IMG/VR virus record: IMGVR_UViG_3300032288_004305
Location: 1 to 27,856 of that record
Origin: a virus
Lineage: Duplodnaviria; Caudoviricetes
Reading direction: 5' to 3' (one strand)
Length of the DNA stretch: 27,856 bases
The notes under the pieces are model-generated. The model was given only the letters and a program-made list of their open reading frames with translations, made no database searches and was not told the origin of the DNA. Below are positions 9,067-17,310 of the stretch, one piece after another. The translations under genes and the position numbers were made by a program. How positions within the stretch are numbered: position 1 is the first letter of the stretch; every line of letters starts with the position of its first letter.

Positions 9067-11228
9067 CAAACTCGGATTATCTATTAAATTTAAACACAGA
9101 GCAATCTATTTCTTACGCTGACTCGTATGGAAGATTTCAGACTCAACTTCCTCTTCTGTTTTCATACCCTACTCAATCCGGTTCTCTAAATCCAAACGAT
9201 TTGTACTCGGATAATTCGGAACAGTATTTAGCATATCCAGCAGGGGTACATCAGACTACTGTAACAACGAGTCAGCTGGATCGCTATGGTAGCATTACTC
9301 TAACAACCAGTGGTTCAATTTCTTTTTATGTGCAGTCAATGGAGTACGCGGGCGACAGTAATCCCGCGTACATTGCCGGACCTTATATAGTATCTGGTGA
9401 AGGTGGTTTAGACGATTTATTTATTGCGACTTACTACGATGACACACCGCAAGATCCATTTGCAAACAGCTTCTCGATTACAACTCCGGGTACATACTCA
9501 GTAGTTTTCCCTAGTCCTCTAGTAAGTCGTGCTTTCACAATTACTCACTCGGGCTCAAGTACTTATAGCATAAGTCAAATACTTCCGCGAAAAATTATAC
9601 AAAAGTATGATATAGAAGTTAACTCTATTAAGGCGTATCATGTGTCTTCAACGCTTATCGATACAATTGCACTACAAGTTTCGGACTCTATTGTAGTAGG
9701 GTCAGGCTTAATTGGTGAGAAAAGCATCGATGGTGGTAAGATTATTGACGGGACAATTTCGGGTGTATTAATTACAAACGGAACGGTAACGGGCAATAAC
9801 GTACAGGCTGGTACGATATCTGGCGTGCTTATTGCAGGATCGACAATCACTGGTGATAAAATTGTAGCAGCTACCATTTCAGGATCCCTTATCACGGCGG
9901 GTACGTTAACTGCTGATAAGATTGCCTCCAACACCCTTACCGCCGCTCAGATTGCTGATGGAACTATAACTGGAGCAAAAATTGTAGCAGGAACTGTCTC
10001 AGGTGTGCTTATTACCGATAATGCAATCTCAGCAAGTAAGATTCAAGCTAACACAATTACTGGTGATAAAATTGCTGCTAATACAATCTCCGGTTCTTTA
10101 ATTACTGCCGCTACTATATCAGGTAGTCTGATAGCGGCAAATACAATTACTGCCGACAAATTATCCGTAGCTCAATTAGATGCAGTTGCGGCAAACATGG
10201 GGACTCTTACAGTTAATAGTGACATTACAGTTTCAGGAAGTGGGTACATCAAAGCGGGTAAAACAAAAATTGATACTAATGGTATGAGCGTTGGTAGCCT
10301 AGCAAGTCCACTTAACCAGACAAGCCTTCCGGGACTCAATTCTAATGTACTTACTATTGTAACTTCAGGAACATCTGGTGACCTACAAGGTATAGCGATG
10401 TTCAATGTCGCTCAAAGCACAGTCAGTCCACAAGCATCAATTAACCTTGATGGTACGACTACACTTGAGATTGCAAATAATGTTACCAGTAACGATGCTT
10501 CAATCCATGTTAACTTCAAAGATTCTTATACAGGAGCATTTAGAATTTACAACGGTAATCTAGATCTACGCCGTACTCCCGACGCAGTCTCTAATTTACC
10601 TCCGGGAGCTATTAGGGGTTATGCAGACTCGATTCCCGACGCAGTAATCTACGAATTAAGTCAAGACAGAATAAATTTATCAAGTTACACTGGAACAACC
10701 ATTTACAATGTTGAAGCTAGTACTGGAGCGGTTACAATAACAGGGGATGTGGCTGTTAACACAAATAAAGTAAGTATCGTAGCGTCAAATGGAAATACCG
10801 ATATTCGTGGTAATGTAACTGTTAGCGGTAGTATTTCACATAGAGACGCAGGAATTTTATCAAGGTCTGCGGGGCAGACTGTCAATGCTGGTACTTCTGC
10901 AAGAGTGCAACTAAACGTTGCTGGTACCGGGAATATTTTAGGTAACGCAACAACATACGAAGTTACTGTTACTAATGCCGGTCTTTACATTGTAAACGCC
11001 GCCGTGACTTCTACTACCACTAACTTACCATGGAATGTGCGCCAAAACGCAACTAGTTTTACAACAGGCACGCAAATGTTACCCGGGCTTACATTTAATG
11101 ACGGGCGGCAACTTAATACAACTATATTTTATTTAAGTGCAAACGATACTGTCGGACTTTTTGTAAATAACACTGGTGGCAGCTCTATTAGCGTAACTGG
11201 TGCTTTAAGAGTAGTGAGGTTAACATGA
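9063..11228 (+). CDS. Tail fibre / receptor-binding protein with decapeptide repeats and C-terminal C1q/TNF-like head
   Basis: GGAGG RBS favours the ATG at 9063. Central TI(T/S)GxKI-type repeats, C-terminal VTNAGLYIVNAAV...LSANDTVGLFV jelly-roll-like motif, and a fibre chaperone gene directly downstream. Confidence 0.75.
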   Translation: MTNSDYLLNLNTEQSISYADSYGRFQTQLPLLFSYPTQSGSLNPNDLYSDNSEQYLAYPAGVHQTTVTTSQLDRYGSITLTTSGSISFYVQSMEYAGDSNPAYIAGPYIVSGEGGLDDLFIATYYDDTPQDPFANSFSITTPGTYSVVFPSPLVSRAFTITHSGSSTYSISQILPRKIIQKYDIEVNSIKAYHVSSTLIDTIALQVSDSIVVGSGLIGEKSIDGGKIIDGTISGVLITNGTVTGNNVQAGTISGVLIAGSTITGDKIVAATISGSLITAGTLTADKIASNTLTAAQIADGTITGAKIVAGTVSGVLITDNAISASKIQANTITGDKIAANTISGSLITAATISGSLIAANTITADKLSVAQLDAVAANMGTLTVNSDITVSGSGYIKAGKTKIDTNGMSVGSLASPLNQTSLPGLNSNVLTIVTSGTSGDLQGIAMFNVAQSTVSPQASINLDGTTTLEIANNVTSNDASIHVNFKDSYTGAFRIYNGNLDLRRTPDAVSNLPPGAIRGYADSIPDAVIYELSQDRINLSSYTGTTIYNVEASTGAVTITGDVAVNTNKVSIVASNGNTDIRGNVTVSGSISHRDAGILSRSAGQTVNAGTSARVQLNVAGTGNILGNATTYEVTVTNAGLYIVNAAVTSTTTNLPWNVRQNATSFTTGTQMLPGLTFNDGRQLNTTIFYLSANDTVGLFVNNTGGSSISVTGALRVVRLT
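9720..10169 (+). repeat. 15 tandem degenerate 30-bp (10-aa) coding repeats in the tail fibre
   Basis: KSIDGGKIID/GTISGVLITN/GTVTGNNVQA/GTISGVLIAG/STITGDKIVA/ATISGSLITA ... NTITGDKIAA/NTISGSLITA/ATISGSLIAA/NTITADKLSV. Confidence 0.9.
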
Positions 11229-11497
11229 GAGTTATTGAAATTTTTCCTATGGTGCGTTGGATTGAGATTGAGCCTGTGGGGGTAGAGCGTATTGAACCGC
11301 ACGAGCAATGGGCTTTAGATGTAATCAGAAAAGAGCGAAACAGGCTCCTTAGTGAATCAGATTGGCGAGTCTTACCGGATTCTCCAATAACTAACAAAAA
11401 TGAATGGTACGCGTATCGACAGTCTTTAAGAGATTTTCCAGAACTCGTACTAGCTCAAAAATTTAACAATGTTGCTTGGCCGACACCTCCAAGTTGA
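11225..11497 (+). CDS. Phage tail fibre assembly chaperone
   Basis: Signature IRKERNRLLSESDW...PDSP...WYAYRQSLRDFPE...WPTPP, directly after the fibre gene. Confidence 0.85.
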   Translation: MRVIEIFPMVRWIEIEPVGVERIEPHEQWALDVIRKERNRLLSESDWRVLPDSPITNKNEWYAYRQSLRDFPELVLAQKFNNVAWPTPPS

Positions 11498-11522
11498 CAA
11501 GAGTCTCAAAAATAACTATAAT
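11494..11522 (+). promoter_or_regulatory. Consensus sigma70/sigmaA-type promoter
   Basis: TTGACA (11494-11499), 17-bp spacer, TATAAT (11517-11522). Confidence 0.85.
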
Positions 11523-11533
11523 TAGGAGTGACT

Positions 11534-12118
11534 ATGATAACAACAAGTGGTAATCTTGATTATCTAATCGACTCAGTGCGAATACGCTTGGGTGATTTTA
11601 GTGGTACGGCATTTTCTAGTGCGCTGGTGCGTACATCGTTAGTAAACTCTGTGAAGCAACTGCAAAAGCGATGGAGGGCAAAGTACCAGATACTTACTGC
11701 GGATGCAATTGCAGACTTACAACCTCAAGGGGCTGCTGAGTCCGGTCAACTGTGGGTAAGCACAGTTAATGGGTATGCATTTATAAGTTCATCATTTAAT
11801 GTAAACGATGTTTATAGAAATCCATTTTTAGATTTTGATCAGCCGGATCCCCCAGTAATTGAGCAGATTGATGAGGATGCCATTGTATTAATGGCTGTGT
11901 ATTTAATTCATTTGGCTAAGATTACAAGTAGCTCAACTACTTTCGTTTCATGGTCAACAGAAGATTTAAAATACACAAATACTGAGTCTTCTAGAGCAAT
12001 GAAAGTCGTTCTCGACGCGTTGCTAGAGGAAATAAATTACCTGTTTAAAACAAAAATTGCGGTGCCGAAATCGACAAGACAGCCCGTAAATATTGTTACA
12101 GGGACTAAGTACTATTAA
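11534..12118 (+). CDS. Putative head-to-tail adaptor/connector-like protein
   Basis: AGGAG at 11524-11528 with ATG at 11534 (alternative GTG at 11528). LIDSVRIRLGD...FSS and SWSTEDLKYTN resemble adaptor-family motifs. Confidence 0.5.
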   Translation: MITTSGNLDYLIDSVRIRLGDFSGTAFSSALVRTSLVNSVKQLQKRWRAKYQILTADAIADLQPQGAAESGQLWVSTVNGYAFISSSFNVNDVYRNPFLDFDQPDPPVIEQIDEDAIVLMAVYLIHLAKITSSSTTFVSWSTEDLKYTNTESSRAMKVVLDALLEEINYLFKTKIAVPKSTRQPVNIVTGTKYY

Positions 12119-12128
12119 AGGAGTTCTT

Positions 12129-13325
12129 ATGGGAAGAATTGTACCAGTACAGAAAAAGATGCTGTACATCGGGGATTTTCCAGTGCAAACTGGTTTCGGA
12201 GTTGTCAGTAAGAATTTGATTGAAACGTTCCGTAAAAAATATGATTTACACATTATGGGTGTGAACTATTACGGTGATTATGACCCACTGTGCGAAGGAC
12301 TTAAAGTGTACCCGGCTTCTCTTGGTGGTGGGGACGTTTGGGGTAAGGAACGTCTTGAAAGTATGGTGCGATCAATTCGACCGGATGTTATTTTCATATT
12401 GAATGACTCTTGGATTGCTAACGACTACATTGCTGTTCTTTCGCAAATTAAGGATCAACAGTTTAAAACTGTTTTGTACACCCCAATTGATGCAGAGAAT
12501 GTTAAAAAGGATTTTGCACAAGGGCTTCAGAAATTTGATGCTGTAGCTACATACACTAATTTCGGTAAAGAGCAGCTGGCAAAAGTAGACGTTTCTGATG
12601 TCTTTGTAGTTCCACACGGAGTAGATACTACGATGTTTCACCCCATTGACGTGCCGCGTGCGGTTTTGCGTCAACAAATGAATCTAAAAGATACAGACTA
12701 TATTGTTTTGTGTTTGCAGCGTAATCAACCACGTAAAAGACTTGATTTAACGTTTTATTATTTTTCTGAATGGGTAAAGCGATACAATTTATCTAAGGGT
12801 GTAAAGATCTACTATCACGGTGCTTTGCAGGATTTCGGTATTGATATAATTCAGTGGTGTGAGTATTTAGGTATCGAGGATCGTCTGGTAATTTCATCAC
12901 CGAATATCACAGCTGCAAAGGGCCTGACTCCGCAGCAACTAAACATGGTATATAATAATGCCGATGTTTTTTTCACAACTACGGCGGCAGAGGGTTGGTG
13001 TTTACCAGTGGCAGAAGCAATGGCTGCAGGAAAGCCGGCAATTATTCCAAACCACTCAGCTTTGAGTGAGTGGCCTGAAGGTAATGCGGTGTACATGGAC
13101 TGCTATCCTTTCCCTCAACTTACAGATCGCGGATTAAACACAATTCATCATGTAACAGAAATGGAAAGCGCGATTCAAGCGCTTCACTACATGTACACAA
13201 ATCAAGAAAAGCGTAATGAACTCGGCCAAAAATCATTAGAGCATATGCGTAGCGCAAAATTCTCATGGAAGAGTATTGGAAGTCAGTTCGTGGAGATTAT
13301 CGATGGACTCTTTAAAAATCAGTAA
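12129..13325 (+). CDS. Glycosyltransferase family 4 (GT-B fold)
   Basis: AAGGAG RBS with ATG at 12129. Motifs TGFGVV, VVPHGVD, RNQPRKR and EGWCLPVAEAMAAG (E-x7-E). Confidence 0.9.
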   Translation: MGRIVPVQKKMLYIGDFPVQTGFGVVSKNLIETFRKKYDLHIMGVNYYGDYDPLCEGLKVYPASLGGGDVWGKERLESMVRSIRPDVIFILNDSWIANDYIAVLSQIKDQQFKTVLYTPIDAENVKKDFAQGLQKFDAVATYTNFGKEQLAKVDVSDVFVVPHGVDTTMFHPIDVPRAVLRQQMNLKDTDYIVLCLQRNQPRKRLDLTFYYFSEWVKRYNLSKGVKIYYHGALQDFGIDIIQWCEYLGIEDRLVISSPNITAAKGLTPQQLNMVYNNADVFFTTTAAEGWCLPVAEAMAAGKPAIIPNHSALSEWPEGNAVYMDCYPFPQLTDRGLNTIHHVTEMESAIQALHYMYTNQEKRNELGQKSLEHMRSAKFSWKSIGSQFVEIIDGLFKNQ

Positions 13326-13467
13326 GATCAACAAAAAATACATAAAAAGACTCTTGACACGGCTTGAGGAGTCTGGTATAGTAACTCCAGAGATTCGGAA
13401 AGCAGTGCTTGATGAACTCAATTCGATGGCGAGAGAAATCGCCGCAATGCACAAGGAGCATGACTAA
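13303..13467 (+). CDS. Small hypothetical protein (54 aa)
   Basis: GGAG RBS at 13292-13295, ATG at 13303. Amphipathic helical sequence that fills the gap between GT4 and SSB. Confidence 0.55.
   Translation: MDSLKISKINKKYIKRLLTRLEESGIVTPEIRKAVLDELNSMAREIAAMHKEHD
13354..13382 (+). promoter_or_regulatory. Strong sigma70-type promoter with extended -10
   Basis: TTGACA (13354-13359), 17 bp, TATAGT (13377-13382) preceded by TGn. A-tracts upstream resemble an UP element. Confidence 0.75.
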
Positions 13468-13468
13468 G

Positions 13469-14263
13469 ATGGCATTTGGCAAGATGATTGAATCGATCCC
13501 GACCTACAGCTCACCGAGCGCGGCTCAACAGACCAACGTGTTTATTAACACACGCGAAGGTAAGCGTATTATCCGCTTCCTTCCTGATTTGGTCAACCCA
13601 ACGGAACCCATGATTGGACCTACGGTGTTGTCAGTGTGGATGCCTGTGGCTAAGAACGGGCAATTGGTTCAGCGTCGCATTTTTGTGGACAGCTTGACTC
13701 GCGCTGTACTGCCTGCTAAGGTGAACGAAGCAGTCCGCTGTCGCTTTTTTATGAACGTGTTGGACAAGTCAATGGTGGTTAAGCTTGAGAATGGTTCGGT
13801 CGTTTACGCGAACAATCAGAATCAGTTTATTACTGTGCTGGACGGTCAGACACAAACACTTACCTCTTATAAGCCCGAGCGTCATATGGCGATTCTGGTG
13901 CTTGAGGGATCTGTTTCATCCGGGGAAGGTCGCAATGGCATGTTGAATGACATTGAGGAACTTTCGAAGACGATTTTTGACGATGATACGGGTAAGCTGA
14001 TTCCTATCACGGAGATTGATATTGAGATTATCACGCGTGGTAAGGAGATTAAGACGACACGTAGTGTGCATGTGGGCACAAATCGTGATCCTATTCCGGG
14101 TTCGCTGCTGTCTGCACCGCGTTTTGATTTGGCCAAGTATGCTCGCCCATTCCCAATGGACGCTGTTAAGGATCTGGTCAAGGGGGCCGACTACGGTGAT
14201 GTGTGCAAAGCATACAACATTGAAGTGATGCCGAAGCTTGCTGAGACCCCAGAGTTATTCTAG
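13469..14263 (+). CDS. Single-stranded DNA-binding protein, T4 gp32-like (putative)
   Basis: AAGGAG at 13453-13458, ATG at 13469. RIIRFLP resembles the gp32-family IRFLP motif; located before primase and helicase; short acidic/aromatic C-terminus ETPELF. Confidence 0.6.
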   Translation: MAFGKMIESIPTYSSPSAAQQTNVFINTREGKRIIRFLPDLVNPTEPMIGPTVLSVWMPVAKNGQLVQRRIFVDSLTRAVLPAKVNEAVRCRFFMNVLDKSMVVKLENGSVVYANNQNQFITVLDGQTQTLTSYKPERHMAILVLEGSVSSGEGRNGMLNDIEELSKTIFDDDTGKLIPITEIDIEIITRGKEIKTTRSVHVGTNRDPIPGSLLSAPRFDLAKYARPFPMDAVKDLVKGADYGDVCKAYNIEVMPKLAETPELF

Positions 14264-14275
14264 TTTTTAGTCCGG

Positions 14276-14317
14276 TGTTGGCGGTGAGGTAAATTCTCAC
14301 CGCCAACATTTTTGTTT
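14276..14317 (+). terminator. Intrinsic terminator after SSB
   Basis: 13-bp stem TGTTGGCGGTGAG / CTCACCGCCAACA, loop GTAAATT, followed by TTTTTGTTT. Confidence 0.85.
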
Positions 14318-14330
14318 AGAGGAGTAAAGC

Positions 14331-15242
14331 ATGGCTAGCGGTCATAAAGAAACTTGTCCTGAATGTGGAGGACACAACTTGTATGTTACGCCGCATAACG
14401 GACTCGCTTACTGTTTTAACTGTGGCTATCGTAATGGGCGTAGTCAAGGTGGTAATGCATTTACTAGTAATCCCGAGGTGATCGAAGAAATCCGTGATTT
14501 CTACGGAAAGTGCGTAAGCTACTACGTGAGCTGTTTATCTGGCGCGGCACTTACGTATCTTCGAGAGCGCGGTATCTCTGATTCAGTAATTCAGCAACGT
14601 CGTATAGGCTATTGTCCCGATACTCATCATAGTTTGTACGATCTTCCAATTGCTAAGACTGCGGGTATCAGCTCTGGGAGAAATTCAGTTCTTCATGGTC
14701 GTATTATATTTCCGTACATTGCGCCAACCACCGGAGCGATTGTGGATATGCGTGGACGCGCCCTTGACGATGAATCTGTCAAGTATAAAGGACCGTTTGG
14801 GTCTGCGTATGTGCGTGGTGCGGATGAGTGGCCGTACGGAGCTGAGATTTCAGCGGATTCTTTTTTACTCACTGAGGGAGAAATAAAGGCGATTGTTGCC
14901 ACGCAGCACGGGTTCCCGACAATAGGATTGCCCGGTATTAACACATGGAAGTGGCGCGTGCGTGAACTGTCCGCAAAGTCGGTTACGGTCGTGTTTGACT
15001 CGCAGAGAAGTCCTACAGTGAATGAGGCAGTATACCAAGCTATTGATAAGTTAGCATCTAGACTAGAGTCATGTAAGGTTGCAACTCTACCGCTTATGGG
15101 GCGAGAGAAGATGGATCTTGACGAATTCGTCTTGACAAAGGGCCTACATGAACTTAAACTAGTACTGGATAAAGCACTGCCCTACGAAACGTGGGCCCAA
15201 CTTTTAAGGAGACCGAGCAATGCAACAAGACGTAGTTGGTGA
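14331..15242 (+). CDS. DNA primase (zinc-binding domain + TOPRIM)
   Basis: CPECGG...YCFNC zinc motif, YLRERGI, GRIIFP, MRGRAL, LTEGEIKA, VVFDS, KMDLDE. Confidence 0.9.
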   Translation: MASGHKETCPECGGHNLYVTPHNGLAYCFNCGYRNGRSQGGNAFTSNPEVIEEIRDFYGKCVSYYVSCLSGAALTYLRERGISDSVIQQRRIGYCPDTHHSLYDLPIAKTAGISSGRNSVLHGRIIFPYIAPTTGAIVDMRGRALDDESVKYKGPFGSAYVRGADEWPYGAEISADSFLLTEGEIKAIVATQHGFPTIGLPGINTWKWRVRELSAKSVTVVFDSQRSPTVNEAVYQAIDKLASRLESCKVATLPLMGREKMDLDEFVLTKGLHELKLVLDKALPYETWAQLLRRPSNATRRSW

Positions 15243-16410
15243 GTGGCGGTTACTCTCATCATTCACTCAATCGCCAGAAGTAATGCACCAAGTAACCCCG
15301 GCGCTGTTTACTGATGAGCGGCAAATTGTGTTTAACGCACTGAAGAATGCGTACACGCACTACGGTGAGTTAACGTACGAAGTTATACGGTTGGCGTTCA
15401 ATGGTGACGTACCAAGTGAACTCATGCTTTCAATTCAGTGTAATCAGCGCGCAATTATAGACGAGTTGTCTATTACAGCGCGTAGACGGCAGCTTCAGCA
15501 AGCAGCCGAGATCTTGGCTCTTGAGGCAAAGGAGTATAACCCAAACGAGACGCGTGTGGCCGAGGTGCTGAATTTCGCACCAATTATGCCATCATCGGAT
15601 CTATCCCTACTACCGGGTGCTCAAAAATTAATGTCCGATCTGAATCGAAAGTACAACGGTACGTATAAGTTTACGCATACTGGTATTCGATTCCTCGATC
15701 AGATGCTTGGTGGCGAGTGGCTGCCGAAGAGCCTATCAGTCATTATGGCCAAACCCGGTACAGGGAAGACTGCTCTTGTTGGTCAATCGATGCTCGAGAT
15801 GGCGTTGCAGTACGGTACATCAAGTTTGTTCTTTTCGCTGGAAATGTCCAAAGAGCAGTTGATGTCTCGGTGGGTATCATACATGCTCAACATTGACACT
15901 ACACTGCTACAGTTTGGTAAGCTTTCTGGTGCCCAACTTACTGAGGTAGAACAGGCGCTTGTTATGATACAGACATTACCGATGGCTGTAATTGACAACC
16001 CCATTATCAGTTTAGCAGGCATTCGCAAGGAGATTCGTGATGCCGCTCGTACTGGATGTCGCGTCGTATTTTTGGATTACCTGCAGATTGTGAAGCATCA
16101 CAATACAGGTCTGAAGAACTATGATCTGGGTGAGGTTGCTCAGAATTTGAAGGAAGCTGCGAAAGAATCTGATCTCGCAGTAGTACTGCTTTCGCAGATG
16201 AACAAGGTCGGCGAGGGTTTAGATGCGGTACGTGACTCAGGTGAGGTTTCGCAAGTCGCCGATACGGTGATTGAAATGTCTCCTATCGATGATGTACCAG
16301 ACGAACTGGGTAATCGCGCAATTGGTTTGAAGTTTCATAAAAATCGTAATGGGAGGCTCGGCACGAGTACGGTGATATTTAATGGGAGCACGCAAAAGTT
16401 CAGTTACTAG
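15220..16410 (+). CDS. dnaB: Replicative DNA helicase, DnaB family
   Basis: Walker A AKPGTGKT, FSLEMS, Walker B VFLDYLQ, LLSQMN, RDSG, KNRNG. Confidence 0.92.
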   Translation: MQQDVVGEWRLLSSFTQSPEVMHQVTPALFTDERQIVFNALKNAYTHYGELTYEVIRLAFNGDVPSELMLSIQCNQRAIIDELSITARRRQLQQAAEILALEAKEYNPNETRVAEVLNFAPIMPSSDLSLLPGAQKLMSDLNRKYNGTYKFTHTGIRFLDQMLGGEWLPKSLSVIMAKPGTGKTALVGQSMLEMALQYGTSSLFFSLEMSKEQLMSRWVSYMLNIDTTLLQFGKLSGAQLTEVEQALVMIQTLPMAVIDNPIISLAGIRKEIRDAARTGCRVVFLDYLQIVKHHNTGLKNYDLGEVAQNLKEAAKESDLAVVLLSQMNKVGEGLDAVRDSGEVSQVADTVIEMSPIDDVPDELGNRAIGLKFHKNRNGRLGTSTVIFNGSTQKFSY

Positions 16411-16987
16411 TAAGCCAATCACTTCGCCCGAAGAATTCGAGCGGCTGAAAGAAGAGCGACGTGAGCGCAATCGTATGAATCGGCAGCGGTCCAAGGCAAT
16501 GGAGCGTCGCATTGCAAAGTTTCTTGGGGGTGATCGCACTCCCCAATCTGGGGCCGGTACCACTAAGGGTGATGTTGTTGTGCTATTCAATAATCGCCCG
16601 GGTAAATTTCTTATTGAGTGTAAGCTTACCGAGCTTTGGCGATATGGTGAGCCGTGTATTGCAATCAGTAAAGCGTGGCTACGAAAGATACACGAAGAGG
16701 CAAAGCAAACACGAGCGCTTTTCGGAGCGTTGATTTTCCGCTATCATGGTCGTACGGATGACTACATGCTAATCAAAGCGGTTGACATGGGTCAGATAGC
16801 GGTTATTAACGAGACTACAGAGAAGATACTTCGTTTTGATAATATTAAGACGAAGACGGCGATCTTTCCGCTAAGTAAAGCACAGACTTGCAAAGAATCC
16901 CCGGGAGTGACTTGTGTATGGATTGACTTCGTGTTATATTATTTGCTGACGGTTGTGCAATTTAAGCAGATTTTGGAGGAAGCATGA
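16382..16987 (+). CDS. Holliday junction resolvase-like PD-(D/E)XK nuclease
   Basis: ERRIAK...PQSGAG...GDV...IECK motif order as in Hjc-type phage resolvases. Start uncertain. Confidence 0.7.
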   Translation: MGARKSSVTSKPITSPEEFERLKEERRERNRMNRQRSKAMERRIAKFLGGDRTPQSGAGTTKGDVVVLFNNRPGKFLIECKLTELWRYGEPCIAISKAWLRKIHEEAKQTRALFGALIFRYHGRTDDYMLIKAVDMGQIAVINETTEKILRFDNIKTKTAIFPLSKAQTCKESPGVTCVWIDFVLYYLLTVVQFKQILEEA

Positions 16988-17310
16988 AACAGCCTAGTAC
17001 AGAAGTAACAGCCTTATCCACCTTAATTGGCCAGAATCTACTGGTTGTGTTTGGCTCGCACTCATTCAGTGCTACTTTGGTCTCTGTTGAGTTGCAGAAG
17101 CTCACAGGTATGGCTAATCCGCCTGAGAAGCGGATTGGGTCGGATGGTAAAGGGTACACTCCTAAGTGCCTGCGGCTTGTTTTTGATGCAGGCTCGTTAG
17201 TTATTGTGCTAGAGGATTGCCAGTTGGTTGCATCTCGAGATGGCTTTTGGTTTCTTTTTCCGACTTATCGATTGGAGGTTCACAGTGCAAGTGCAAATCG
17301 TCCGGAGTGA
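16984..17310 (+). CDS. Hypothetical protein
   Basis: 108 aa, GGAGG RBS, ATGA overlap with the previous gene. Confidence 0.6.
   Translation: MKQPSTEVTALSTLIGQNLLVVFGSHSFSATLVSVELQKLTGMANPPEKRIGSDGKGYTPKCLRLVFDAGSLVIVLEDCQLVASRDGFWFLFPTYRLEVHSASANRPE

Noticed and set aside
9638-10885. Minus-strand ORFs opposite the tail fibre (9638-9934, 10172-10405, 10703-10885)
   Set aside because: They are antisense shadows of a repetitive, codon-biased gene and show no protein motifs. The same applies to the other short minus-strand ORFs in the track.
9063-11228. Diversity-generating retroelement target in the fibre tip
   Set aside because: No reverse transcriptase and no template/variable repeat pair noticed in this window.
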